A DNA stretch of 64,000 nt, taken from contig JAIVFI010000025.1 of NCBI GenBank assembly GCA_025558095.1, positions 372,001-436,000 on the forward strand, in the 5' to 3' direction. The position numbers were made by a program, and so were the translations under genes. Source of the DNA: Hyaloraphidium curvatum SAG 235-1 (lineage: Eukaryota; Fungi; Monoblepharomycota). This document shows, piece by piece, positions 1-14,551 of the stretch (within the stretch, counting starts at the first letter, position 1; the number at the start of each line of letters is the position of its first letter). The notes beneath the pieces are model-generated. The model was not told the origin of the DNA, searched no databases, and saw nothing but the letters and a program-made list of their open reading frames with translations.

Positions 1-73
1 TGTCCGGCGGGCCGGAACCGTCGCGTGCCCTTCGCCTGGACGCACCTCTTGAACACTCGGTCGGGATTCCAAG

Positions 74-3363
<3,290 letters not shown>

Positions 3364-3582
3364 GGACCCGAATACCCGATTACCCAAACTATAGAGCCCT
3401 TTGCGGACCTGTATTCCTTGTACAAAGATATCAAGATTCTTGAGTGCGCATTTGAAATGCGACTATGAACGGAAGCGGACCTCGGAAAGCCGGGATCCGT
3501 GCAGACAAAGTAGTTTTCCCGTGCTTGTCACAAGCGGTCAGTTCTAGTTTCACTCGTCCACGCTCTCCGTGTAAGTCAGGGT

Positions 3583-5587
3583 TCAGATGTTTGGGCAGGT
3601 GAAGGTGGCGTCACCCCAGCACTTGCCAAACCCGCGCAGGCAGCTCTGCGCGTCGCACCACGCCTGCCCGTTGCTCCCGCCATCGTCTTGACAGAACCCG
3701 GACGCCGAACAGCACAGACCGTCCTGACATCTGCGGTACCTAGGAGAGAGAGGCGTCAGCAACCTGCGATGCCAGTGCAAAGAGGTCACAACTCACCCAT
3801 GGTTCGGTCCACACCGGCCCGTAGTTGTGAACTTGATGCGAGGGCACGGCGCCGTCACGGCACCTCCCGATGGCCTGCTTGCCAGAGCGCCCCCGCACAC
3901 AAACGCGCCCGTGCCGAGGCATCTGCCGTACCCGCGCATGCACCCGTTGCCACACGCGGTGGTGCTGGTCCCGCACTGCCCGTCGTTTCCGCAGCACTGA
4001 CCCTGCGGGCACCGCATGCCGCCGTTGTCCGGCCCGCACCGGCCGTTGCCGCTGACGCCGTATGCCGGGCACACGTCCGTGAACTGGCAGTCCCCGTAGC
4101 CGATCTGGCACCCGCCGGGGATTGAGCACCACGCCGAGTTGGAGTCGTCGTTGGGGCTGCCGCCGCTGGAGCAGTAGCCCATGGCGCTGCAGCAGCGCCC
4201 GGCGGGGCAGCGGGCGCCCACCGAGGGGCCGCAGCGGTTGTCGGTCGACTCGCGGAGGCCCGACTGGTCGACCAGGGGGGTGAGGTTCTGGTCGGTGTTG
4301 TCGGTGGTGGAGCCGCCGCCGGGGCGGATGAGGTTGGGCTCCGGGATGGGATAGTTTTGCTCCGTGTACGCAGGCGGGGGGTACTGCGCCCAGAGGCGGC
4401 TGTCGAGGTCGGTGCAGCGCTCCTTCTGCGCGTTCATCTCGGCCAGCAGCGCATTGCACTGGGCCAGCGTGGTCTGTCCCATGTCGGCTTGGGGCCAGCA
4501 GAGCTCCTGCGCGCGGAAAGCGCTGTCGTAGGTCGCCCAACAGGCGGCCTGGATCTCGCGGCGCTCGGCGACGGGGCCGTACGGGTTGCCCATGTTGGAG
4601 TCGGTGTTGTTGGTGTACATGAGCGAGCGCACCGGGCGTCCGCGGCGCCTGCACTCTGCGACGGCGTCGGGAATGCCGGTCTGGTAGCCGCCGGGGCAGC
4701 GGTAGGGGTAGCACTGGTTCTGGCGCTTGCCGTTGCCAAAGTACTGGCACTGGCCGGCGGGGCCGTTGAGCGTGGTCCACGCGTCGCCGCCGCGGAACGT
4801 GGGGCACTGGTTGGCGCGCTTGGAGACGTAAGAAGACATGCTCCCAATGACGGTAAAGTCGACGCACGAGATCCTGCGAAAGGAAGAGGCGGCGATGCGT
4901 CAGCGTGCGAGTCGATGCGGCTGCATTCGTGCGCGCCCACCAATCCGTCTGGCCCTCGTAGATGTTGCCGCGCACGGCGCCGCCGCCGAACCACATCCAC
5001 TGCACGGTGTACCTGCCGTTGGGCAGGTAGCGCGGGATGGTGAAGGTGCCGCGGCACACGTTGCCGTTCTCGACCGTGCCCGGCGGGTCTCCCGATCGCG
5101 GGTCCTCCGGGTAGTAGGCGCCGCGGCAGTTGACCTCGAAGCACGAGTAGCCGACGACACCGACGTCGAAGGACGACTGGAAGTCCGAGCGGTTGTATGG
5201 CGCCACGGCCCAGCGTATGAAGCCGCCCGGGTGGTTGTTGCGTGGCCACGTCACACGCACGGTCTGCCCGCGCCGCAGCTGGAGCCTGGCAGGCCGCCCA
5301 TCCTCCTTCAGAGCCCCACATGGAGCCCAGCAGTTTCCGGCTTGGCAAACATCTTTAGGATACCGTGGCGGGGCCCCTGCGAACGACAGGATACGCGAGT
5401 GTGCGGCGGCCCGTCCGATAAGGAGAAAAAGTCCGAGGAGGCACAGTGCGAGCGGCGCCAGGCCGGGCCGGGGCGGGCGGGCGGAGCGGTGCCGGAAGCC
5501 CGCGCCGCCCTCCGCGCCGTCCGCCGCGCCGCGCCGCCGCAGTGATCGTCCACTGTGGTGCCACGAGGGCTCCGGGGGCGGGTCCAT
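3583..5587 (-). CDS. Secreted LPMO-like (His-brace) protein with three hevein/CBM18 chitin-binding domains
   Basis: Hydrophobic signal ending AAA|H; WPRNNHPGGFIR; YTVQWMWFGG; spliced DWISCVDF; three CG..C..G.CC...G.C hevein repeats; two introns. Confidence 0.75.
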
Positions 5588-6599
5588 GGCGATGGGACCG
5601 AGAGGGGTTGGAGTGAGGTTGCAAGATGACGTTCGGTAGGAGTCCCTACAAGCCGCCTTCTGAACCGCACCGCCCCGCGCAACGCCCCGGTCCGTGGAAG
5701 ACGCCGGACCCGCAGCAATCCAGCTCTATCCGCTTCTGTAAAGCTCCAATTGAGCGGTCCGGAGCCCCGATCACCGCGATTCCGCCGTCGCTTTTCGGTT
5801 GCGGCACAGCCAGCACCTAGGGACGCCCGCCGGGCAAGTCGGCAGGCGTCGTCAGCGAGGCGGCGATCGGCGTAACGGCCCTGCGGAGAGGTGGATGGGT
5901 CGAACGGGACGGGCTACAGGGGTGTTCTGGCCGGCCTGGCTCTCCGGCCCTGGGCGTCCTCGGGCGAGGGACGCTGGGGGATCGGCTCAACCAGTCCGCG
6001 ACTCCACATTGCCACGGGATCGGTCGTGTCGAACGTTTTATTTTGTTGGAAGTCTGTCTATCTGCGATGGACCGCCTGTCGCGGGGGGGTCCTGTGTTGG
6101 ACGAAAGCTCGGTTGGTGGGAAAGTCCCTTTTCCCACCACCGAGGCCATCGACTGCTGCCCACAAGGTCCGCCCACTCCAACACACACTCCCGCCCTCCC
6201 TCCTCCTTCAGGTCGGTATCCTATAGCGCACGGGCCACGGAGCCCGGTGCTGTCGTGCCGTTGCTGCCCGCTGCCCGCCGTTCGGGTCGGAGCGAGCCCC
6301 GCTGGGCCGTGGAATGTCGGTCGATTCCCCGTTGCTGGACGGGCCGCGGGCCGGTCCTCGCGCTCCGGGCCTCTGCTTGCCCAACTGAGCTCGGGAGCGG
6401 GCTTAGGAGCATTTGGCGTGGGCAGCCGGTGGAGCTCGCGGCCGGCGGGGGGCTGACGGAAGCGGTCGGCGGCACGGAAGTAGGCGGGCCGGGTGGCAGA
6501 CTGCAGAGGCTCATCGCCGTTTTCGCACCTCCTCCCTCCCTCCTCCTATTTCTACGGAACCCTTCGGCCACACGCAGCTCCTTGCCTCCCGGAGCAGAG

Positions 6600-7337
6600 A
6601 TGAAGGTCGTTCTCTCCGAGTCCGACATTGTCATCCCGGATGGCGGTGCGTCTCCCTGCCTTGCCCTGCGCCTGGGCGCCGCTGAACCGCCCACCGCAGT
6701 CAAAGTCGAGGCCAAGTCTCGGCAGATCCGGGTGACCGGCCCCCGCGGCGTCCTGACCAAGGACTTCCGCCACGTGAACCTGGAGCTGCAGCGGAGCGGG
6801 AAGAACAAGATCCACGTCGTGGTCTGGCACGGCACGCGGAAACAGATCGCGTGCATCCGGACGGTGTGCTCCGAGATCCAGAACATGATCAAGGGTGTGA
6901 CGAAGGTCGGCTTTCCGTGCGGCACGGACTTCGACGGGGCTAACGGGCCGCTCCCTCGCAGGGCTTCGAGTACAAGATGCGCTTCGTGTACGCCCACTTC
7001 CCCATTAACGTCAACATTACCGAGGACGGAAAGACCGTCGAGATCCGCAACTTCATCGGCGAGAAGCTGACGCGGCGGGTCAGCATGCTTGACGGCGTCA
7101 AGGTCGTGCAATCAACGGGCGGGACCAAGGACGAGATCGTGCTCACGGGCAACGACATCGAGAAGGTCTCGCAGAGCGCGGCGACCATCCAGCAGAGCAC
7201 GACCGTCAAGAAGAAGGATATCCGGAAGTTCCTGGACGGTGGGAATCCGCGTCTGGTATCGCTCGCAGCTCGCGCTGACAATCCGCCTTCATTCAGGTAT
7301 CTACGTCTCCGAAAAGGGGTTGCTCGTCAAGGACTAG
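6600..7337 (+). CDS. RPL9: 60S ribosomal protein L9 (uL6), 4 coding exons
   Basis: [22 protein letters not shown]|[24 protein letters not shown]|GIYVSEKG. Confidence 0.97.
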
Positions 7338-7537
7338 GCGCGCTGTACATTTGATTCAACATGGTTGCCTCGATCTCGACCTGGGCTCAGCCATCGTCTC
7401 GCGCCTTCATCGCTTTCCAGCTATCGAATGCCCGAACGGCTTCTCGATTATCCGCTCCGACGTCGTCCTCGAACGATGCCTGCAGTGGAGTTGTCAGCAC
7501 CTAATCATCCGACGCCTGCGAAAGTCACGAACAAGAA

Positions 7538-8156
7538 TCACTGCGCCTTGGCCTCGCTCCGAGTGGGCCGGCAGATCCGCTTGTGCTCGGGCCAATGGTT
7601 CCGCTGGCACTCCGAGGAGCAGTACAGAAGAACGCCTTGCAGCGGGAGCAGCACTGGAAGTCCCTGTCCATCGTGTGCTTTTCGCAGCCTGCGCAACGCA
7701 TATTTGGTATGGGAGGAACATCCAAGCCGACGACCTTGGTCTTGCCGTAAGCGGTAGCTCGCTTGTCGATCGACATGAAGCAGGCTTCGCATGAAGGGAA
7801 CACGTCGACTTCAAGCGTGTAGGTGCCCTCTAAAGGTTCCATGAGACGCTGGACAGCCACGAGGCTTGCAGCTTGACCGCATCCAAGGCACTTCCTAGGC
7901 CGAATCGCAAGCAATCCATCAACCATTCTTTCGACCTTGGGAAGGATCGAATCCAGAGCAGGAAGAAGGCTGAACTGAAGCACCAGTTCTCCGGCACCCG
8001 GATCTTGCTCTTCGCGGTAGTGATCGCAAAGGCTGGATCGGCGGCGTCGGCGGTCCAGGAATCGCAGACTTGCACAGTGACATTCACCACCCGGGTTTTG
8101 TCGCTATCTTCGGGTTCGTCATCGAGTGCGTCTCCGCGTTCCGGTCGAAGCAGCAT
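7538..8156 (-). pseudogene. MYND zinc-finger protein with two apparent frameshifts
   Basis: CAGC..CSRCKA and YCSSECQRNHWPEHKRIC are in different frames (break ~7625); second frame change ~7980; gaps too short to be introns. Confidence 0.7.
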
Positions 8157-8564
8157 ATTCTCGGTAGCTGCGGCGCAGGGATCCCGATCGCCCAACGACG
8201 TGCAAGTGCAACGTAAGCTCTTTGATTGCGGGGACAACTGACAAACAGGGGTAGCGATGTTTGGCGAGAGCGCAGGGCGCGCGCTTGGTCGGCAAGCACA
8301 CTCACGATGGCTTGGCAAGAGCCCGCGACCAGGACTGGGCAGGTCTTTGAAATGTTGTGTTTGGCGCTGCGAACCACGGCGGCCTTCCCACAATCACGCT
8401 CCGCTTCCGCGGGCCTCGCTCATCTAGAAGATGGCGGCTGTACTTGCATTCTATTGCGAAGCAGCTAGTTATGAAAGCACGACGCTCGACGTCTGAAATG
8501 GACTGCACTGCTGCAGATCCACCACATGGAGCTGTCACGCCGTCGGCAAGCTGAATGATGAGCA

Positions 8565-8830
8565 TCACCACGGGTCACAGCAGTCGTAGTTGCGCTGCTG
8601 CGCGATCTTGCCGCCGCGGAAAGTCAGGAAGACGGCGAACCGCGTCCGCATCTGCCCGCCCTCGGGTATCGACCCGACAGGGATCGCCAGGGTGCCGACC
8701 CACAGCACCTCCAAGGCCACCCTTTCGCCGTCCATGATGCTCTCCAGTATGTCGTGCTTCTGAGCGGAGAGCACAAGCACATCCTGCCCGCGTTCCGCGC
8801 CCGCGAGGAAAATTGGCAGATCGCGGCGCG
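8565..8830 (-). pseudogene. Truncated bacterial-type SnoaL/NTF2-like protein remnant
   Basis: RRDLPIFLAGAERGQDVL..DGERVALEVLWVGTLAIPVG..MRTRFAVFLTFRGGKIAQQRNYDCCDPW; no ATG upstream of the conserved block, N-terminus missing. Confidence 0.65.
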
Positions 8831-8888
8831 GGGCGGTCCGGCAACCCTCGTCGCACCCTTTGCGAAAGTCCGTTGTCGTCCAAAGAGC

Positions 8889-11214
8889 CTACGCGGGCAC
8901 GGTGGCGATCTCCAGCGCGGCCAGCTGCCGCTTCACCTCGGCCCTCCGCTTTCGCTTCTGCACGTTGCGCACCTGGTTGCGGCACTGGAACCACACGAAG
9001 ATGATGAACAGCACGAGCACGATGATGCCTGCGGGTGCGAGAGCCGGGACGCAATGAGTCCCCGAAGACGCATCCGGCCCCGGCGCCCACCCACCCTCCT
9101 GGAACGACGTCTGGATGATCTGCGTGATGATGGCCTGCCTGTCCACGTACGCGCACAGGCTGTTGGGCCCGCCCGCGGTCCAGCACCCCTGGTGCGCGAG
9201 CGACGTGTAGTCCAGAAACACGGCGGTGGGCTCGGCCGACGCGGGGACGGCGAGGAAGGCCTGCCACAGAGCGTCGTTTTCCCGTGCCGTGCGTGGGACG
9301 GAGAAGAAGTAGCCGGAGGGGCAGGCGGCGAGCGCCGACGTGTAGGTGCCGCTGGCGGTCGATACCGTCCACTGCGAACCAAAGTCAGCTGCGACTGGAT
9401 GCGGGGAGGACGGGTGCGCACCACTTCGGGGTTGTACAGCGACTGGCACGCCACGGGGTGGGTCGACGTGCACGAGTCGATGGTCCAGCGGCCGTTGGCG
9501 CGCTGCTGCACGGCGCAGTTGGCCAAAGAGCCGTTGGCGGGCATGTTGACGTCCCAGCTCCAGATGGAGCCGACGAGGACGTCGGGCGAGGTGGCGTTGT
9601 CGACCGCGAGGGGCGAGAAGCCGCAGCGGACGGGGTTGAACCAGCCTGAACGGACGACCCAGCTGAGCACGGATGAACAAACGAGCGAAGAGGCAACTCA
9701 CCGGTGTAGTTGACGCCCGGCGGGAACCCCGTCTCCCCAAAGAACGCGTAAGACCACGTGAGCTCCGTCGCGCCCGGCGGCACCGTCGGCGGCGGCGCCC
9801 CCGTCTCGTTCCCCGTCGGGCCCATGACGATGCTCGGCGCCGGGTACGTGCAGCTCCCGAAGGTGCCCTCGCCCGTGTTGGAAAAGTCCAGCGGGACCGA
9901 GGCGTTGATCTGCTCCGGCGAAAACAGCCACGTCGAGTCGCGGTCCCAATCGTACCCCGCCGGCGCGTCGAGCGAGGCCAGCCCGACGACGAGCCGCTTG
10001 TTGAGCGCGTTGAGGATGAACCCCAGGGTCGGCCAGCCGTTGGCGGTCACCTCCAGCGGGCCCTGCTGCGCGGTGACGAAGTACGGTGACGTGCCGAAGG
10101 TGAGGTTGAGGTCGTCCCGCTCCACGGCGAGGTCCGAGGGTGTGAAGAGCTGCGCGCCCAGCGCGTTGTCGCCGGCAGTGAGCCCGAGGGCGATGTGGAG
10201 CGGGACCGGGGGGACGGCGACCGTGGGGTCGTCGCCGGGAAGGAGCGCGGCATCGTGCAGGGAAAAGATGAGGTAGATGACGTCGCGGTAGAAGGGCACG
10301 ACCGTGTTGGTGAGGTAGGTCTGGATCGACGAGAGGAAGAGCGGGAGAGAGTCGGCATCGATGGAGCACGTGGTCCCGTTCACGGTTATCTCGTTCGGCG
10401 GCGGCGTCGGCGAGGCGGTGGGCCGCAACGTGGTCGTCAACGGAGCCACCGACGTGAGGCTCGAGGCAGATATTGAGGTGCTCAGCGAGCCTGTCCGCGT
10501 TCCGGTAACCGCAGAGGTGCTCGCGGAAAGGGTCTGCGTCAACTGCCGTGCTCCGCGCGCAATGGCAGTGGTGGTTCCGGGAAGCGCGCTCGCCGCGATG
10601 GCCCCGGTCGTCGGACCTGCCAAGGAGACCGAAGACGTCGCGAGCGACGCGTTGCCCGACAGTGCCGATGCAGACGTGGTCCGACTCCGAGTGGGTGCGC
10701 TGGTGGTTGCCAGTGTTGTCCGAGTTGCCGGCAGCGGCAGCGCAAAGGGGCACAGCTGCCACGAGCCCGTCCGCGGGTCGCGGTACAGGTCGAGGTACAC
10801 CCTGCGGTAGCCGGCGACCAGCAGCAGCGACGCGTTTGCCACGCGCGGCGACGAGTAGTTGCCGTCGAACCACGATGTGGAGGCGTTTACAGCGGGCACG
10901 CCGACGCGGTCCATGGGCACCGACGATCCGAGCTCGCGCTGGTTCCGCAGGGCGTTTGCGACGTAGGCGGCGGTCGGGCTGCCGCCGGGCTGCGGGATCG
11001 GGAACAGCCGGCGAACGAGGTGCGGCCGCGGGAGTGTGCCGCGGCCTCTGCCGGGGGTCGCCGCGCCGTCCGTGGCAGGCGGGTGTGGAGACGCGCTCCC
11101 CGGGGCCCCGCCGCCGCCGACACGCCCGGCCAGCGCAAACACGAGCAGAAAAACGACGCAGAGCGCGGCCAGCGGGGGCAGCCGGCCCGCCGCCACGCAC
11201 CGGCCCGCCCCCAT
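8889..11214 (-). CDS. MTC6: MTC6-like membrane protein (PLC-like TIM-barrel-derived domain, lectin-like region, C-terminal TM)
   Basis: LRNQRELGSSVPMD, LLVAGYRRVYLDLY..WQLCPF, CGFSPL, IWSWDVNMP, WT..C...HPVAC, FSVPRTAREN; N- and C-terminal hydrophobic helices; 3 introns. Confidence 0.8.
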
Positions 11215-11309
11215 CGCGCTGCGAGTGCAACGTCCACAAATAACGAACCGTGCGGTGACCGTGAGTGCGGTGACCGCCGTCCCCGAATCAGACCCTGGAG
11301 CTGCCTCCG

Positions 11310-13359
11310 ATGCTCGGCCGGACGCCCTCCTCGGCGGTGCCGACGCCGCGGGGCCGCGCAGTGTCGGCGGCTCCCTCGGACGACGACGAGCCCGAAGCCC
11401 CGAGGCGGAGCCTGCGCCGCCCCGCGACCGCCCCCGCGACCCCCGCGGACAACGAGCACAAGCGGCAAAAGAGGAGGGCGCCCGCACGGGCGGCCTCGCC
11501 GGAGGAGCGCGGCAGCTCAAAGCCCGCCAGCCGCGCTCCCAGCCGCGCCGCCAGTCGCGCGCAGAGCCCCGCCGAATCGGAAGACGAGGAACCCCGCGCA
11601 AAGGGCCGCAAGGCCGACGCGGACCCCGCAGACGATGCGGACTCGGACGACGAGTGGCCGCTCGAGGACATCTCCGGGCTCGAGCACCTGCTGACCGAGG
11701 AGGAGCTCGCCTTCCGCCGCCACGTCGAGCAAACTGCCGACGCGTTCCCGGAGCGCAGGAACCACATAAACCGCCTGGCGCGCTTCATCGGCATCGTGGG
11801 TAATTGCACCCCGCTGCCGCACCCCGTTGCCTTCGCATGCCACTCACCCACGTGTCGCCCCCAGAAATTCGAAAACCCCTCCCTCCCCGCCATCTTTGTC
11901 TGGGGCGCCGCCTCCACCGGCAAGACCTCCGTCGTGCGCCACCTCTTTTCTCCGCTCGGCAAGCGCCACGCCTACGTCGACTGCGCCATGTGCGTCGCCC
12001 CGCGGGCGCTGTTCGAGTCGGCGCTGGACCAGCTGGCCGGCGTCGGCGAGGACGCGGACGCGGACCCGTTCGCGCGCTACGCAAAGTGCGACAACCTGGC
12101 CGATTTCGTGCTGCTGCTGGGCGAGGTGTTTGAGCTGGACAAGGAGAGGTTAAAGGAATGCCGCTATCTCGTGAGTTTCACGTTCACTACCATGATCCGT
12201 CGCCTCACTCGGATTGCAGATCTTTGACAATGCCGAGAAGCTGCGGGACATGGGGCCGAATCTCTTTACCGCCCTCTGCCGCCTTTCGGAGCTCGTGAGT
12301 CTCTGAATCTCTGTGCGCTCGCAAGGCTGACCGCTCGTGGTCCTCCAGGCGGACCGCAACGTCTCGTGCGTCTTCGTCTCCAAAGCCCCCTTCGACAACT
12401 TCCGCCCCAAGCACGGCGTCCTCGAGCCCATCCTCCTCTACTTTGGCAGCTACCCCCGCCCCGCCCTGCGCTCCATCCTCGCGCGCATGCCCCTCTGCGA
12501 GGACGAGGCCGAGCGCCCGCTTCTGCGCCGGTTTGCGGAGCTTTGCCTGGACGTGTTCGGCGGCGCGTGCAACGACGTCGCGGAGCTCAAGCACGTGGTG
12601 TCTCTGCTGTGGCCGACCTATGTGGCCCCCGTGCGGGACGGCGAGCGTGCGTAGTTTCCCCTCTGCCCCGCTATGGCACCGCTGACCCTCCCCGCAACCA
12701 GTCAAGGCGACCGAGACGCACAAACTCTACACCCGCGCCATGCTCCGCATCCGCGAGGTCTCGGACAAGCTCTTCCTGCGCGAGATCTCGGCCGCGGACT
12801 GGCACCGCGAGCCGGCGGCCCCCCCCGCCGCCGCCGGCCCCGCGCGCCCCCGCACCGACGGCGACGCCGTGCACCTGCCGCGCTACGGCAAGTACCTCGT
12901 CATCGCCGCCTTCTTGGCGTCGTACAACCCGCAGAAGTACGACCGCCGGCTGTTCCTGAAGCACGACAATGTGCTCGCAAGGAAGCGGGGCGGCGGGAGG
13001 AAGGGCGGGCAGATCAGGGAGACGTTCGGGAAGGATCGGCAGCAGCTGCTGGGGCCCAAGGTGTTCCCGGTCGAGAGGATGGTGGCGATATTCCACTCGA
13101 TCCTGGACGACCCGCTGGAGGAGGTGACGGTGGATCTCCAGACGCAGGTGGGTTTCCCCGGGCCGCGCCGCGGCGCATTCGACTGACCTCGGCGGCAGAT
13201 CGCGAACCTGTTCTCGCTCAACCTGCTGCAGCGCACGACCGAGGACGGGGTCGAGCGGCTCGAGGGGGTCAGGGCAAAGTGCAACGTCTCGTTCGAGTTC
13301 GTGCAGAGGCTGGCCAAGGACCTGCAGTTCGAGCTGGGCAAGTACCTGTACAACTTTGA
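11310..13359 (+). CDS. ORC5: Origin recognition complex subunit 5
   Basis: IFVWGAASTGKT Walker A, IFDNAEKLRD, KYLVIAAFLASYNPQKYDRRLF, LLGPKVFPVERMVAIF; multi-exon. Confidence 0.93.
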
Positions 13360-13488
13360 GTAGCACGGACATTCGGGGAATGAGGAACCTTCCTGTCTCG
13401 GGAACGGATGGCTCTTTTCCGCGGCTTACAAGCACGGACACCTTCCTACCGCCAGCCATGCAAGCACGGGCAAAGGCAGATCAAGAAC

Positions 13489-14452
13489 CTAAGCTTCCCG
13501 CGCCTCCTCTTCCGATACCGGCGGCGGCCTCGCCCTCTTTTTCGGGGGCAGCCTGGCCCCCGCGTTGGCCGCCTGCTTCGCGTTCTCCTTGCCCGCCTGC
13601 GGGGGCGGCGTTTCGTCCTCGAGTCCCACCCCGCTGTCGCGCGGCCGGCGCCGGCGGTTCTCGGGGGCGCACGGCCCCCTTTCCCCTTCGCTCCGCTCGG
13701 CGTCCGGCGGCGCCAGGGATTTGGGCAGGTCCGCGGGCCTGCACACGAGTCCTTCCCCTGGCCCCTGCGCCGGTTGCGGCGGCGCCTTCGAAAACATGGG
13801 TTGCGAGAGGTCCACGTGCCGCTGCGGCGACATGCCGAGGTGCGCAGTCCGAATCTCGGCCGACGCTGCGAACGGCCGCGCCGGGTCCCCGTGCTCCAGA
13901 TCCCGCCCCTCCTCCTCCTCCGCAGGCGGCATCGCCCAAGACGGTGCACCCGCAGGATCGTACAGCTGCTGTTCCGGCCCGTGCTGCGGCCCGTACGCCG
14001 GCGGCGGGGGCTGCGGCACGTAAAGCGCGTCGTGCGCGCCGTCCCACCGCGGCGCCGAGGCGTAGATGGCCTCCATGATCCTGCTCCTGTGGAAGTGTGC
14101 CTTTTCCAGCGTGGATCTGGCGGGGAACAAGCCGGAGATCAGCGGTGTCCCGTCCGGGGCCTGCACAGCACGCACCTGATGAACATCCGGTCCCTCGTCT
14201 TGCGCTCCCACCGCCCCTTTCCCTGCCTTCCGATCCTCAGGAGAAGCTTGTCCACGCCTACATTGGCCGGGAACGGGCCGTCAGACCCCGGCAAGGCGGC
14301 ACGCGGCGGCGCCACGCACTGGAACACAATATCCGGTCGAGCTGCTGTATCGGGCGGCTGTCCGCGCCCGGCGCGGGCACGGGGGTCTGCTGCCAGCAGT
14401 GTTCATGTGCCGAACAGGCTTCCGGGAAGCGTTCCGGCGTCGGTGCTGCCAT
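13489..14452 (-). CDS. Hypothetical protein, short N-terminal SERTA/IER-like helix motif plus disordered tail
   Basis: Two GT-AG introns join in frame to give RILCSSVDKLLLRIG..RDRMFIRSTLEKA, continuing into ORF 13489..14211. Confidence 0.5.
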
Positions 14453-14551
14453 TCCGCCGGTTCGCTCAGCAGAGTCCACGGCGCAGCAGGAGAAGTTTCG
14501 GCCGGGCGCAGGGCCAGACGGTCCGTCGCCGTCGGTGCCGGCGGCCCGGTT

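Noticed and set aside
6550-6566. ctacggaaccctt, near-complement of the 18S rRNA 3' end (snoRNA guide?)
   Set aside because: Short, has a mismatch, and no convincing C/D or H/ACA boxes
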